Source: Armatimonadota bacterium (GTDB lineage: Bacteria; Armatimonadota; UBA5829; DSUL01). Taken from it: 64,000 nt of DNA. Position numbers and translations under genes: made by a program. Location of the stretch: assembly GCA_025998755.1 (NCBI GenBank), contig AP024674.1, forward strand, positions 1,104,162-1,168,161, written 5' to 3'. Positions 11,000-21,902 of this stretch are shown piece by piece. Under the pieces are notes generated by a model. It did not search any database and had not been told where the DNA came from. It was given only the letters and a program-made list of their open reading frames with translations. How positions within the stretch are numbered: the stretch's first letter is position 1; the number at the start of each line of letters is the position of its first letter.

Positions 11000-11614
11000 T
11001 CAGGCCGTTTGAAGACCGGGGGATTCCATTGCCACACTCTCCGCATCGCTCCGTCCCCGCCGGAACGCCTGCAGGTTGACCTCGACGCCCTTGTTCTTCA
11101 ACCGGGCGTGGAAAGCCTCCTCCCACTGCTCCAGGCTGAATGGCAGGTGGCAAGACGCGGCACCGAGCACCGCGGAGTTGATGACGCGCGGATCGCCCAG
11201 TTCGGCGGCGATGCGCGGACCATCCACAAAGACCAGCCTCTTTGCCTGCTGCCGGAGCTGTTGGTCAACATCCGGGGGATAGGTAGCCATCCCCGCCGTC
11301 ACAGTGGAAGGGGCGATAGACTGCCGGTTCACCACGATCAGGCCCTCCGGCTTCAGCGCAGGAAGGTTGCGCAGCGCCTCCAGGCGTTCGAAAGCGATGA
11401 TCAGGTCCACCTCGCCCGGCGCCGCAAGTGGAGAGAAGACCTTCTCCCCGAAACGCACGTCGCACGTGACGCTTCCTCCCCGCTGGCTCATTCCGTGGAC
11501 TTCCGCCTTCTTGACATCCAGACCGGCCGCCAGAGCCACCTCCCCAATCAGATTGCTCGCAAGGACGATGCCCTGCCCCCCCACTCCGACGATCCTGATA
11601 CTCGTTGTCTTCAC
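11000..11614 (-). CDS. iorB: indolepyruvate ferredoxin oxidoreductase subunit beta
   Basis: MKTTSIRIVGVGGQGIVLASNL… matches the POR gamma / IorB family. ATGA overlap with the iorA stop. Confidence 0.8.
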   Translation of the reverse strand: MKTTSIRIVGVGGQGIVLASNLIGEVALAAGLDVKKAEVHGMSQRGGSVTCDVRFGEKVFSPLAAPGEVDLIIAFERLEALRNLPALKPEGLIVVNRQSIAPSTVTAGMATYPPDVDQQLRQQAKRLVFVDGPRIAAELGDPRVINSAVLGAASCHLPFSLEQWEEAFHARLKNKGVEVNLQAFRRGRSDAESVAMESPGLQTA

Positions 11615-13422
11615 CTCTTACTCCTGTCCCTGTGGTTGCCGCCGTGCCTGTCCTCTCCGGCACGGTGAATGGCATGCTTCGGACACATCTGCTCGCACAG
11701 GGAGCAGCCGCGGCACAGCAGCGGATCAATGGATGCGCAGGAGCGTCCGTTGCGGGCATCCTCCGCGCTGCCGGAAAGAGCCGGGCAACCCAGTCGGAAG
11801 CATAGCTGGCACGCGGTGCAGTCTTCCGTCTCCACCACCAGCACCTCGTCGCGGACGTCTGCCTGAAGAGCACACGGGCTTTCCGCCACGACGACTGCCG
11901 GTCCGGGATGGTTGAGGCCCTCTTCGATGGCGCTGCGAGTCTCCTCTATGTTCAGCGGATCCACCCGGCGCACAAATTCAACTCCGATGGCCTCACACAG
12001 CCGGACCAGGTCCAGCACGGGAGCACTCCGACCCATCAATGTCCGGCCCGTCGCTGGATGATCCTGCCCCCCAGTCATGGCGGTGGTCTTGTTGTCCAGA
12101 ATGACCAACGTGATCTTGGTGGAGTTGTAAACAGCGTCTATCAACCCACTGATGCCGGAGTGCACGAACGTGGAATCGCCGATGACCGCCACCAACGGGC
12201 GGTTGTCTTCCGGACTGCGGGCTCTCTCCATTCCGATGGCGCTGCCCACAGACGCCCCCATGCTGATGCAGATATCCAGCGAGGACAGGGGCGGAAGCGC
12301 ACCCAGAGTGTAGCAACCGATATCCCCCGGCACAATGGCGCGCATACGGTTCAGCACCCAGAAGACGCCGCGATGAGGACAGCCGGGGCACAGCACCGGT
12401 GGCCGGGCAGGCAGATCCGGCGGGACGCGCGCAGCAAGCGGCTGTCCGGCAAGCGCGGCGCGGACGATTCCCGGGTCCAGCTCGCCCTCCCGCGGAATCA
12501 GCTCCTTCCCGGAGCACGGGATGCCCATGGCCCGAAGTTCGGTCTCAAGGAACGGGTCTAGCTCCTCCACGACCACCACGCGCTTGACCTCCGAGGCGAA
12601 GCTCATCAGCTTGCGCTCCGGCAGAGGCCAGGTCATCCCCAGCTTGAACACGGAGGCTTCCGGATAGGCCTCCTTGACATAGTGGTAGGCGATGCCGCTG
12701 CAGACGATGCCTATGTCCAGCAGATCCCACTCGATGCGGTTGATGGAATCCTCTTCGGCAAACTCCTTGAGCAGCCGCTCCCTCTCCAGGACCAAACTGT
12801 GCCTGCGGCGGGCGTAGGCGGGAATCATGACGAACTTTCCAGGATCCCGCTCGAAGGGACGCGAGGGCGGCACGGAGCGCTCGCCCGTCTGCACCGGCCC
12901 CGCACTGTGCGCAATACGCGTGGTGGTGCGGATCATCACTGGCGTGTCGAAGCGCTCCGAAAGCTCGAAGGCCAGCTTGGTAAACTCGTAGGCCTCCTGG
13001 CTGTCGGATGGCTCCAGCACGGGGATGGAGGCCATCCGCCCGTAATGCCGGTTGTCCTGCTCGTTCTGGGAACTGTGCATCCCGGGATCGTCCGCGCTGA
13101 TGAAGACCACTCCCCCTCGTACCCCGGTGTAGGCCAAGGTCAGAAGGGGGTCTGCGGCCACGTTCACGCCGACGTGCTTCATGGTGGCAAGGGCGCGGAC
13201 GCCGCCGAAACTGGCTCCGGCCGCCACCTCCATGCTGACCTTCTCGTTGGGAGCCCATTCGCAGTAGACGTCCGGATAGCGGGCCAGGTTTTCGAGGATC
13301 TCTGTCGAAGGGGTGCCGGGATACCCGGACGCCACCTTCACGCCGGCCTCCCAGGCGCCCCGTGCGATGGCCTCGTTGCCGCTCAGAAGCCGCCGGGCAG
13401 CCGCGATTGTAGAATCTGCCAT
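11611..13422 (-). CDS. iorA: indolepyruvate ferredoxin oxidoreductase subunit alpha (TPP-binding plus 2x[4Fe-4S])
   Basis: N-terminus MADSTIAAARRLLSGNEAIARGAWEAG…. C-terminal ferredoxin motifs CTACQLCFRLGCP and CRGCSLCEQMCP. Start placed at ATG 13422 with GGAAGG RBS. The ORF extends to 13458. Confidence 0.85.
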   Translation of the reverse strand: MADSTIAAARRLLSGNEAIARGAWEAGVKVASGYPGTPSTEILENLARYPDVYCEWAPNEKVSMEVAAGASFGGVRALATMKHVGVNVAADPLLTLAYTGVRGGVVFISADDPGMHSSQNEQDNRHYGRMASIPVLEPSDSQEAYEFTKLAFELSERFDTPVMIRTTTRIAHSAGPVQTGERSVPPSRPFERDPGKFVMIPAYARRRHSLVLERERLLKEFAEEDSINRIEWDLLDIGIVCSGIAYHYVKEAYPEASVFKLGMTWPLPERKLMSFASEVKRVVVVEELDPFLETELRAMGIPCSGKELIPREGELDPGIVRAALAGQPLAARVPPDLPARPPVLCPGCPHRGVFWVLNRMRAIVPGDIGCYTLGALPPLSSLDICISMGASVGSAIGMERARSPEDNRPLVAVIGDSTFVHSGISGLIDAVYNSTKITLVILDNKTTAMTGGQDHPATGRTLMGRSAPVLDLVRLCEAIGVEFVRRVDPLNIEETRSAIEEGLNHPGPAVVVAESPCALQADVRDEVLVVETEDCTACQLCFRLGCPALSGSAEDARNGRSCASIDPLLCRGCSLCEQMCPKHAIHRAGEDRHGGNHRDRSKR

Positions 13423-13582
13423 GTGTTTATGGACCTTCCAGTTGCGGGGATCGTGCAAACAGCCTCAAACTAACTTGTCTATGCTACCATTATTGCCCAG
13501 AGCCTTCAAGCACGGCTCCACGCAACGCCGCCAGCAAGACGACCCAGACTTCGGGCAAGAGACTGAGAGGTCAGGCGGCCTG

Positions 13583-14977
13583 TTATTCCTGCCGTCTGGG
13601 AGAGACGAGAAAGGCGATGAGCGATGCCGCAAGGCCGGGCAACATGGGCTCGATGCCAAAAGGATACTGCGGCCAGCCATCCACGGCCCGGGTCAGCCCG
13701 GAGACCAGCCAAGACAGCGCCGTGCCAGCGCCGATCGCCATGCAGGCCGAGCAGCCGGCAGCGGTCATCCTCCGGCGGCCGAAGTAGCTGTTCAAAACGG
13801 GCATGATCAGCCCTGGAACGCATACGCTCCCCAGCGTGTACCAGAGCTGCACCACACTGGGAATGGCGACCGCCAGCGCGACCGCCAGCGCCCCCGTCAC
13901 AAGAATCCCCACACGGGTGTACAAAGTCAGCCGGGAATCATCCTGCTCTCCGCGTAGCCTCCACACCACATCCCGTCCCAGGGTCACGGCTCCCAGGAAC
14001 GTATACGAGAGCACGGTGCTCATGATGGTGGCCAGCAACCCCACATAGAAGAAACCTTTGAGGCCTGAAGGCAAAACGGCTTCGGCAAGAAGGGGATAGC
14101 TCATCTTCGGGTCAGCCAGTCCGGGAAGCGCAGCGCGGGCGTAAAGTCCCGTGGCGATGGTCAGGAAGTCGAAGACCAGCCAGCAGCAGACCGCGATGAA
14201 GATCCCCCGGCGCGCCACATCTTCGCTTCTGGCCGCATAGCAGCGCTGATGGAATCCCGGATCCACCAGCGTCCATACTGCGATCAGAAACCAGACCACA
14301 GTCCGCTGGAAGCCTTCCGATCCCTCCAGACGCAGAAGCTCCGGGGGAAGGTTGGCCGTCAAGAACGAAAGGCCGCCATACTTCAGGACAGCCGCCGGAA
14401 GTATGACACCGAATCCCGCGAACATCAGCAGGAACTGGAAAATGTTGACGCGGATATCCGTAGAGAGACCACCGCGGGCCACGTAGAAAGTGGAAAAGAG
14501 CGTCCCCACCAGAACGCATACCGCAAGACTGGCGCCGGTGACGATCTGCAGCAGAACCCCCAGCATCAAAACATAGGGGGCAGGACTGACCAGCACAAAG
14601 ACGAAAACCGACCCCAGCACCGCCGGCGCTTTTCCGAAAGACTGCGCGAGCCGGTCGGGTATGGTATACAGGGCAGCACGACGCACCGGTCCTGCCAGGA
14701 AGAGGGCAAACAGGATGGCGAAAATGTAATAGGGAATGCCCAGCGCAAGCCAGGTGTACAGCCCCGAAGAGTAGGTGAACTCCCCCACCCCGAGGATCCC
14801 TCCGTACCATGTGGCCACAAGCGTGGCCACGAAAGCAGGAAGACTGACTCGGCGCCCTGCAACCAGATAGGCTTCCGCGTCCCCTCCCCGAAAGCGGTGA
14901 AGCCCCATGCCCACCGCCACGGTCGCGGCTAGGTACAACGCAATGACGGCCAGATCCGGCCCGCTCAGAGAGATCAC
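13583..14977 (-). CDS. sodium:solute symporter family transporter (GTG start)
   Basis: SSF-like polytopic ORF. The 6-frame ORF runs to 15166 but overlaps the upstream gene. GTG at 14977-14975 overlaps the upstream TGA (GTGA), consistent with translational coupling. Confidence 0.6.
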   Translation of the reverse strand: MISLSGPDLAVIALYLAATVAVGMGLHRFRGGDAEAYLVAGRRVSLPAFVATLVATWYGGILGVGEFTYSSGLYTWLALGIPYYIFAILFALFLAGPVRRAALYTIPDRLAQSFGKAPAVLGSVFVFVLVSPAPYVLMLGVLLQIVTGASLAVCVLVGTLFSTFYVARGGLSTDIRVNIFQFLLMFAGFGVILPAAVLKYGGLSFLTANLPPELLRLEGSEGFQRTVVWFLIAVWTLVDPGFHQRCYAARSEDVARRGIFIAVCCWLVFDFLTIATGLYARAALPGLADPKMSYPLLAEAVLPSGLKGFFYVGLLATIMSTVLSYTFLGAVTLGRDVVWRLRGEQDDSRLTLYTRVGILVTGALAVALAVAIPSVVQLWYTLGSVCVPGLIMPVLNSYFGRRRMTAAGCSACMAIGAGTALSWLVSGLTRAVDGWPQYPFGIEPMLPGLAASLIAFLVSPRRQE

Positions 14978-15640
14978 TTCGCCGGAACCGGAGCGAAAAC
15001 CGGCTCGCCCCCGCCGCCTCTTTCCACGCAGACCAGCAACGGAGCGCCCTGGCACTCGATGCGCACCAGGCCGCCGCAAGCCAGATTGCTCAGTCCATCC
15101 TTCACGCCCATCTCCAGCTTCAGACCGCGCAAGGGATACAATAGTCCCTCGGACGTCACGGTGCACGGTCCAAACAGTGGCAGAAGCGAGATGCGCAGCT
15201 CACCCGCGGGCTGCCACTCCCAGCATCCTTCCACAGCGAAGAGGTCCTGGCGGCGATCATGGAAGGTGACGCTGAGCAATCCCCGGTATTTCATCAGAAG
15301 ACCCATGTTCGCCAACGCGTGATCCGGTTCGCGGCCAAGCGCTCCTGCCACCGAAACATCCCGCCAGCCCTTATCTGCCACCCAGCCAAGCCCTTTGTCC
15401 AGATCGCTGGATTCCTGGTCATCCAGTCGCACCCATTCCACACCGGCGAATGCGCCACGGGCCGCCCGGCTGGCGCTGTCGAAGTCGCCGAGGACGACAT
15501 CGGGCATATCCCCCAGCTTGCGCGCCGAGTCTGCCCCTCCGTCCACGCACACCAGCGCCGCGCAGCAAGCACGCAGTTTCTTCCAGAGCTTGCGCCCCGG
15601 AGCCCGCCCGTTCGCCAGCAGAAGCACTCTTCCGTGCGGC

Positions 15641-15669
<29 letters not shown>
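14974..15669 (-). CDS. thiamine pyrophosphokinase
   Basis: 231 aa. TPK motifs LLLANGRAP…VCVDGGA…DVVLGDFDS…DQESSDLDK. Confidence 0.7.
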
Positions 15670-16354
<685 letters not shown>

Positions 16355-16822
16355 ATCTGGCTCCTCGGGGATCTGGAGAACGCCGGACGCCGAAAAACGC
16401 GGCCGACTCCTCCGGTCCTGGAGCTGATGACGTTGGTGAGGCCGGATGGTCTTGCCTCGCTTTCCTTCGCCGGCATTACCCGGATCAGGTTCAAGGGGTC
16501 GGCTCCGGTGAGCCTCTCAGCCGCCACGGGCAATCACGGATAAGGTTTCCGCACATCCCGCAGCAGGCTCCCCCAGCGATGGCGCCCGCAATCGCGCCTG
16601 CGGGCGGGCTTCACGGAGTCATCTTACCCCGCGCACCGGCAGAAGACAACACGATCTTCTCGGCGGACGTTCGATTTCCCCGAACGGTCCCTCCCTGGAG
16701 CCGATTGGATACGACGAAAGCGGCGCTTGCCTGCTCCAGAGTCGCGCCGCTTTCGCGAGGAATAATCTTAATAAGATCGATAATGCTAACGGTGGCGTTG
16801 CTGCAGAAGGAGCCCCACCCAA

Positions 16823-17188
16823 TCATTGCACGTAGAGGGCATCGGGGAGAATCCCCAGCATCCGAGCTCGGTGCAAAGCCTGCATCCTGTTGGTGGCCTG
16901 CAGCTTGCGATAGATGCGGTTGAGGTGATAGTCCACTGTTCTCTTGGAGCAGAACAGTGCCTCCGCAACCTCCTTGTTGGATTCCCCTGTCAACGCCCGG
17001 GTGAGAACCTCAAGTTCTCTCCGGGTCAGCCTGACCGGTGGGTGCTTGTCCTGGCGGTTATTAGCCGGTGAATCCACTGCGTCCACTCTCCTTTTCGTGC
17101 TGTCCGAATCGCCCGCCCGCAGCAATCCGATGAGGCTGCTGCAGAGATCTATCGTTGCGGGCCGGGTGCGATCGAATGGCGACCTCAC
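16823..17188 (-). CDS. LuxR-family helix-turn-helix transcriptional regulator (small, HTH only)
   Basis: LTRRELEVLTRALTGESNKEVAEALFCSKRTVDYHLNRIYRKL is a canonical LuxR-type HTH. Start codon uncertain. Confidence 0.55.
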   Translation of the reverse strand: MRSPFDRTRPATIDLCSSLIGLLRAGDSDSTKRRVDAVDSPANNRQDKHPPVRLTRRELEVLTRALTGESNKEVAEALFCSKRTVDYHLNRIYRKLQATNRMQALHRARMLGILPDALYVQ

Positions 17189-17485
17189 TTTCAGTCTATC
17201 CCGACCGCATTGCGCGGATGTTTAGACCCGGTCGCATTTGCATCATCGACGCCTCAGCGCGTCACTTTGTTCCCGTTGTGGCCATGTTACCCGGCTGGTG
17301 GGGCGATGAAACAGCCAGGGACAGAAGCCGGACATCCGGCCCGAACTCCTGTGGTTTCAACACCTCCGGTTCCGCCGGACGGCTGAACCAACGTAGTTGC
17401 TTGGTCCGGAAACACATTCTCCGAACAGAGAATGCGACACCGAAACGATGCCCCACAACCCCAGCAGACAATGCGACTCAGAGCA

Positions 17486-18304
17486 TCAGTCGGCGGTTTC
17501 CGAGTCTGAAGCGTCCCGGAGACGGCAAAGCAGGTGTGTGAAGGCGGCGAGGTCGCCCTCCCATACAGGAGGAGTCTGGATTGGCCTGCGCTCTGTGGCG
17601 CTGCTGCGGACAAGAAATGTCCTGATGCCGAGCTCGCGCGCCACCATGTCCCACTCCTCATCCCCTATGAGCACGCACTCCGATGCGCAGCAGCCCAGGC
17701 TGTCCAGCAGACTCCGGTAATAAAGAAGGTTCGGTTTGCAGGCGCGTGAGTTCTCGTAAGTGGTAACCGCCTCGAAGTCGGACTCGTGCAGGCCGGCCCA
17801 GTGCATCCGCTGAAAGATGGCGGTCGCAGGAAACAAAGGGTTGGTGGCCAAGGCGAGCCGATAACCCAGATCGCGCGCGGACTGGACCGTCTGCCGGGCC
17901 AGAGGGATGTTTTCGGTGAGCGCACGCAGCGCGGGATACTTCTCACGGTAATACCGGTCGAAGACAGGTTGCAATTCCTCCCGCGTGCGGCCAGCCAGTG
18001 GATAGAAGAAACGATTGAACACCTCCTCATTGCTAGCGGTCCCGTCGTTTTCGATCATGGCCCGGGTAGCACGGCGGAGGTGTGCGATGAAGGACTCCCT
18101 GTCCATCAGATCCCGGACGCACTCCGCCAGACCATCATAGTAGGCCGGAAGGAACAGATGCATTCGGCTTTCGATGAGGGTGCCATCCAGATCGAACAGG
18201 ATGGTGGTGACGCGGCTTTCGGATCGGCTCACGGCGGCAAAGGCTCCCCGGCAGAATTGGCGTTGCCGGCAAGGACTATAATGGACTGTCCGACCGCGCC
18301 GCAA
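17486..18304 (-). CDS. HAD-superfamily hydrolase
   Basis: Motif I ILFDLDGTLI and later HAD motifs (…VLIGDEEWDM…). True start may be the internal GTG near 18211. Confidence 0.6.
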   Translation of the reverse strand: MRRGRTVHYSPCRQRQFCRGAFAAVSRSESRVTTILFDLDGTLIESRMHLFLPAYYDGLAECVRDLMDRESFIAHLRRATRAMIENDGTASNEEVFNRFFYPLAGRTREELQPVFDRYYREKYPALRALTENIPLARQTVQSARDLGYRLALATNPLFPATAIFQRMHWAGLHESDFEAVTTYENSRACKPNLLYYRSLLDSLGCCASECVLIGDEEWDMVARELGIRTFLVRSSATERRPIQTPPVWEGDLAAFTHLLCRLRDASDSETAD

Positions 18305-18333
18305 CGGGCGCGGCGTTCAACCGGGAGGCGCGA

Positions 18334-18894
18334 TTGGACTTCGTAAACATTGCTGGCATAGCCCTCGGCCTGGCGATGGACGCCTTCGCCGTGGCCATAG
18401 CATCCAGCATCACTCTGGGCTCAGTCTCTCCCCGGCAGGTCTTCCGCCTTGCCTTCCACTTCGGACTGTTCCAGGCCATGATGCCGGTCCTGGGCTGGCT
18501 GGCCGGGAAATCGGTGGCGGACGTATTCCGACAGTGGGACCACTGGGTGGCGTTCGGCCTGCTGGCGTTCATCGGCATACGGGCGATCCGCGCCGCGCTA
18601 ACGGATGATCCCAACGAAGACGTTCCCGATCCCACCCGCGGCATTTCCCTGGTGATGCTCTCTGTGGCGACCAGCATTGATGCGCTTGCGGTAGGGCTCA
18701 GCTTTGCGATGCTTCACGTGCGCATCTGGTATCCGGCTCTTGTCATCGGCATTGTTGCCGCCACGATGACCACCCTGGGGATGCTGCTGGGCACCCGGCT
18801 GGGAAGCCGCTTCGGACGCAATACGGAGATCGCCGGAGGGATGATTCTCATCATCATCGGCCTGAACATCCTGATCCAGCACCTCAGGGAGTGA
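18334..18894 (+). CDS. mntP: manganese efflux pump MntP family
   Basis: 186 aa, 6 TM, starting with MDFVNIAGIALGLAMDAFAVAIASS. Confidence 0.75.
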   Translation: MDFVNIAGIALGLAMDAFAVAIASSITLGSVSPRQVFRLAFHFGLFQAMMPVLGWLAGKSVADVFRQWDHWVAFGLLAFIGIRAIRAALTDDPNEDVPDPTRGISLVMLSVATSIDALAVGLSFAMLHVRIWYPALVIGIVAATMTTLGMLLGTRLGSRFGRNTEIAGGMILIIIGLNILIQHLRE

Positions 18895-18906
18895 CCCCGA
18901 ACTTTC

Positions 18907-20259
18907 TCACTTCACCTCCTCCGGCCGTTCAAACTCGCCGCTCATTTTAGGCGGAAGCCGGAAAACCCGACCGTCCCGCGTGGCGAAGTAGAGGAAGGAG
19001 GGTGATTCCTTCAGAGTGTCCCCGTCCGCCCAGAGTGCGTAGAAATCGGGCTGAGCGTCCACCGGCCGACGTGCATACGTATGATTGCGTGGGCTGTCTC
19101 GCGTGAGCTGCTTTTCCCGCCTCCACGTCAGCCCTCGATCCTTGCTGATCCACATGACCATCTCGCCGCCTGTATCCCACGGAAAGGGACCGGGCTCCGT
19201 GGGAGCAATGACACGCCACGTCCCATCCTCCTCGATGTAAAGCGATCCGTGATGATAGTTATGGTCAGACGTGGTGACGCTGCGGATGATCCAGCGGGCG
19301 CCGTCCCAGCGCGCCGTCCGCCAGATGCGGGGGCCACTCTCGGGAACGGGTTGATGCCCCCTGCTGGTCAGATAGAGCAGCACTGGCCGGCCATCCGCGT
19401 CGAACTGCAGATCCTTGAGGTAAACCAGCAGTCCTTCCGAGCGGTAGTCGTGCACAAGGGCGGGGTTCGCGATGTCCGTCAGCGGGATCTGCAGGGACTG
19501 CCCGGCAGCATGCGTCCATTTGCGGCCCATGTCCACAGTCTCGACGTAGTAAAGATTGGTGCGCCTGTCCAGCCCTTCCGGGTGGCAGTTGAACATCGAG
19601 CCCACCCGCTCGCCAGAGCGCCAGGTGACCTGATAATGCCCGAAGAAGCTCGCGAGCAGCCGGGGCTCATCCCAGGCCATCCCGTCCGCGCTGGTCATCC
19701 AGAACAGCTCCCGGATTCCCTGCCTGTAGCGGGTGTGCATCAACATGAACCCCTGTCCCGGGATGAACCAGGGCTGCCCGTAGCTGAAATTGGTCTTCAG
19801 CACCTGCTGGAAGCTGTCAATATCGTAGGGACGATCGCTCCGGAAGATATGGGACGGCCTCGCCGTGCCGTGCGAGTTGCCAAAGATCCAGATGTGCCCG
19901 AGCTCGTCCAGAGCCATGGTGGGGTTGTCGTGGGCATCATCCGTCTGCTTGTCGAACAGGATACGCGGACGCGGGACCCGTCCGGTGCGATGGTCGTAGT
20001 AGGAAACCATGTACAGCAACCTGCGCTCGCCCTTCACCGTGCCGCCGTAGCAAAAGAAGGTCTTCTTGACGGCAGGAGCGTAGATGGCGATGGGGAGCTG
20101 CTGCTGCGGATACGTTCCCAGACCACCGCTGTATTTGCGCCCCATTTCGTACCAGATGCCGCGGTAGCCGTCATCCCGTGGCAGCGCCTGAGCGGAGCAA
20201 AACCCGGAGGCTCCTGAAAGAAGCAGAATGACACCGGCGGCGAGTGTAATGTGGCTCAT
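18907..20259 (-). CDS. secreted hypothetical protein (possible beta-propeller / glycosidase-like)
   Basis: Start set at the internal ATG 20259 (MSHITLAAGVILLLSGASGFCSAQA signal peptide, GGAGG RBS). The ORF extends to 20451. No family confidently recognised. Confidence 0.5.
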   Translation of the reverse strand: MSHITLAAGVILLLSGASGFCSAQALPRDDGYRGIWYEMGRKYSGGLGTYPQQQLPIAIYAPAVKKTFFCYGGTVKGERRLLYMVSYYDHRTGRVPRPRILFDKQTDDAHDNPTMALDELGHIWIFGNSHGTARPSHIFRSDRPYDIDSFQQVLKTNFSYGQPWFIPGQGFMLMHTRYRQGIRELFWMTSADGMAWDEPRLLASFFGHYQVTWRSGERVGSMFNCHPEGLDRRTNLYYVETVDMGRKWTHAAGQSLQIPLTDIANPALVHDYRSEGLLVYLKDLQFDADGRPVLLYLTSRGHQPVPESGPRIWRTARWDGARWIIRSVTTSDHNYHHGSLYIEEDGTWRVIAPTEPGPFPWDTGGEMVMWISKDRGLTWRREKQLTRDSPRNHTYARRPVDAQPDFYALWADGDTLKESPSFLYFATRDGRVFRLPPKMSGEFERPEEVK

Positions 20260-20373
20260 CGAAGCCCTCCTGGAAGCAGGCGGAGATGCGCCCCATGATA
20301 CCGCCCTGCCCCGCCGACTCACAAGAGGGGCTCTTGAAAGGCCGCCGTTATTTGAACCGAAGAGGAAGGTCCT

Positions 20374-20679
20374 ATGGAAGTGCCGGTCTTGATGCAGTTG
20401 AGGATGCAGTATCAGGAGGAGTTGGGCGAAGATGCCCGCCTCCGGGAGCATCTAGCCGTTATCAAGACGGTCAACCAGGCCATCGGGCAGGGACGATTCC
20501 CGGTGCAGGTGGTCCGCGTGCTAGCAAACCTTTCCAAGAACCAGTGGATCACTGCCATCACAAACGCAGTGAAGCACTGCAAGGGCGAGGACGAGGTGGT
20601 GGCGTTCTTCATTCTGAGCTCCCTGCGGGAAGGGCTGGTGCCGGAGGGCGCCTCACCGCCGCCGCCATCGGAGCCCTGA
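20374..20679 (+). CDS. small hypothetical protein
   Basis: 101-aa ORF with GAGGAAGG RBS. No recognisable domain. Confidence 0.3.
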   Translation: MEVPVLMQLRMQYQEELGEDARLREHLAVIKTVNQAIGQGRFPVQVVRVLANLSKNQWITAITNAVKHCKGEDEVVAFFILSSLREGLVPEGASPPPPSEP

Positions 20680-21019
20680 ACCGCCACTCCCGGGCCGCGC
20701 CGATATAGCCGCAACCTGAACCTACGGTGGTCGAGTAGCGCGCCGGAAGGCGCGAGTATCGAGACCACTTGCTGCAGTCTACGATGCCGCCACGTCCGCC
20801 TCCGGCGGACGTCCGAGCCAACTTGAGAGAGTTACCGAAAGGGCGCTTTCCCCGCTCATCTTAGCCTTCTACCGCCACAAGAGAAGAAGGTTCTTTGTTG
20901 TCCTCGCCGAAGCCTGACCACCGTTTCTGTATGCTTGCGTCAACGACAAGGGAACGAAAGACCCTCTCCCTTAGCGGGAGAGGGTCTGAGTCAAGGCGAA
21001 ACTCGTCGACGCGGAGAGG

Positions 21020-21751
21020 CTACCTGGACCAGGCGCTACGGTCGTTCTCCCGCTGGAATGCAACGTGACTGTCCAGGAAAAGCACGTTCCAGCCGCCCCT
21101 GTGCATCAGAACTCCACCCGCAGCACTGTCGGCTGGGGTCAGATAGATGGAGTTGACGCGCCGATCCCAAACCACAGGGATGGTGGAAGGCGAGTCGTTC
21201 TTGAAGTTGCCGGCAAACGGGTTACTGGCTGGATAACTCCAGTCCATCGTCTCGTCGATCAGCCGCCCGGCAAGCCCGCGATTGCTGGGCACGCCCGGCC
21301 CCTCCGTCCATCCCCCGTCGGCGCGTGTTGGATCCGGCGGGATGGCCGCCGCAAACATGTTGAAATGATAGGCGAAGTTCTGATTCTTCCGGCTGGTCAG
21401 ATCGCTATTGACGGGATCATTGTAAGGAATCTTCGGATCTATCCTCACCGGATTAGAAGGGCAGTGCCAAACCTCCATGTTGTTGGAGGTGTACGGCTTC
21501 AGCTTCACACCGATGAAGTAAGGTCCGGAGCCGAACCACCAGCACGCCACTGGCAACCTGCCCTTGTGGTCGTCGGCGTACATCATCAGAGCTTTGCCAA
21601 TCTGGTTCATCCCGCTGCGGCAAGAGGACGCCCGCGCATTCTCACGGGCGGCGGAGAACACAGGAAACAGGATTGCGGCGAGGATCGCAATGATCGCGAT
21701 GACGACCAGCAGTTCGATAAGGGTGAAACCTCTGCTCTTGCGCAGACACAT
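21020..21751 (-). CDS. prepilin-type N-terminal cleavage/methylation domain protein (DUF1559 family)
   Basis: Start set at ATG 21751 ([32 protein letters not shown]) with GGAGG RBS. The upstream ORF extension overlaps the neighbouring regulator gene. Confidence 0.7.
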   Translation of the reverse strand: MCLRKSRGFTLIELLVVIAIIAILAAILFPVFSAARENARASSCRSGMNQIGKALMMYADDHKGRLPVACWWFGSGPYFIGVKLKPYTSNNMEVWHCPSNPVRIDPKIPYNDPVNSDLTSRKNQNFAYHFNMFAAAIPPDPTRADGGWTEGPGVPSNRGLAGRLIDETMDWSYPASNPFAGNFKNDSPSTIPVVWDRRVNSIYLTPADSAAGGVLMHRGGWNVLFLDSHVAFQRENDRSAWSR

Positions 21752-21902
21752 CTCAGAATCCCTCCACCATGCGTTTCGACTTACGACGGACTTGGAGCGG
21801 CCCCCACACGGTGCGCAACCGGTTTCACAACCGGCCTCGTCTCTGATTATATTATGCGCCGCCATGGCGGTCAAGATGAGAGCAGGTGAAATTCGGGAAT
21901 TC

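Noticed and set aside
9012-11153. 713-aa ORF antisense to the symporter and iorB
   Set aside because: Arg/Gly/Pro-rich low-complexity translation typical of the opposite strand of high-GC genes. The sense-strand genes have clear family signatures.
20730-20750. CCGGAAGG tetraloop motif resembling SRP RNA helix 8
   Set aside because: The flanking helix is perfectly paired and lacks the conserved asymmetric internal loops (AAGCAGC side) of SRP RNA. No 5' or 3' SRP domains are present.
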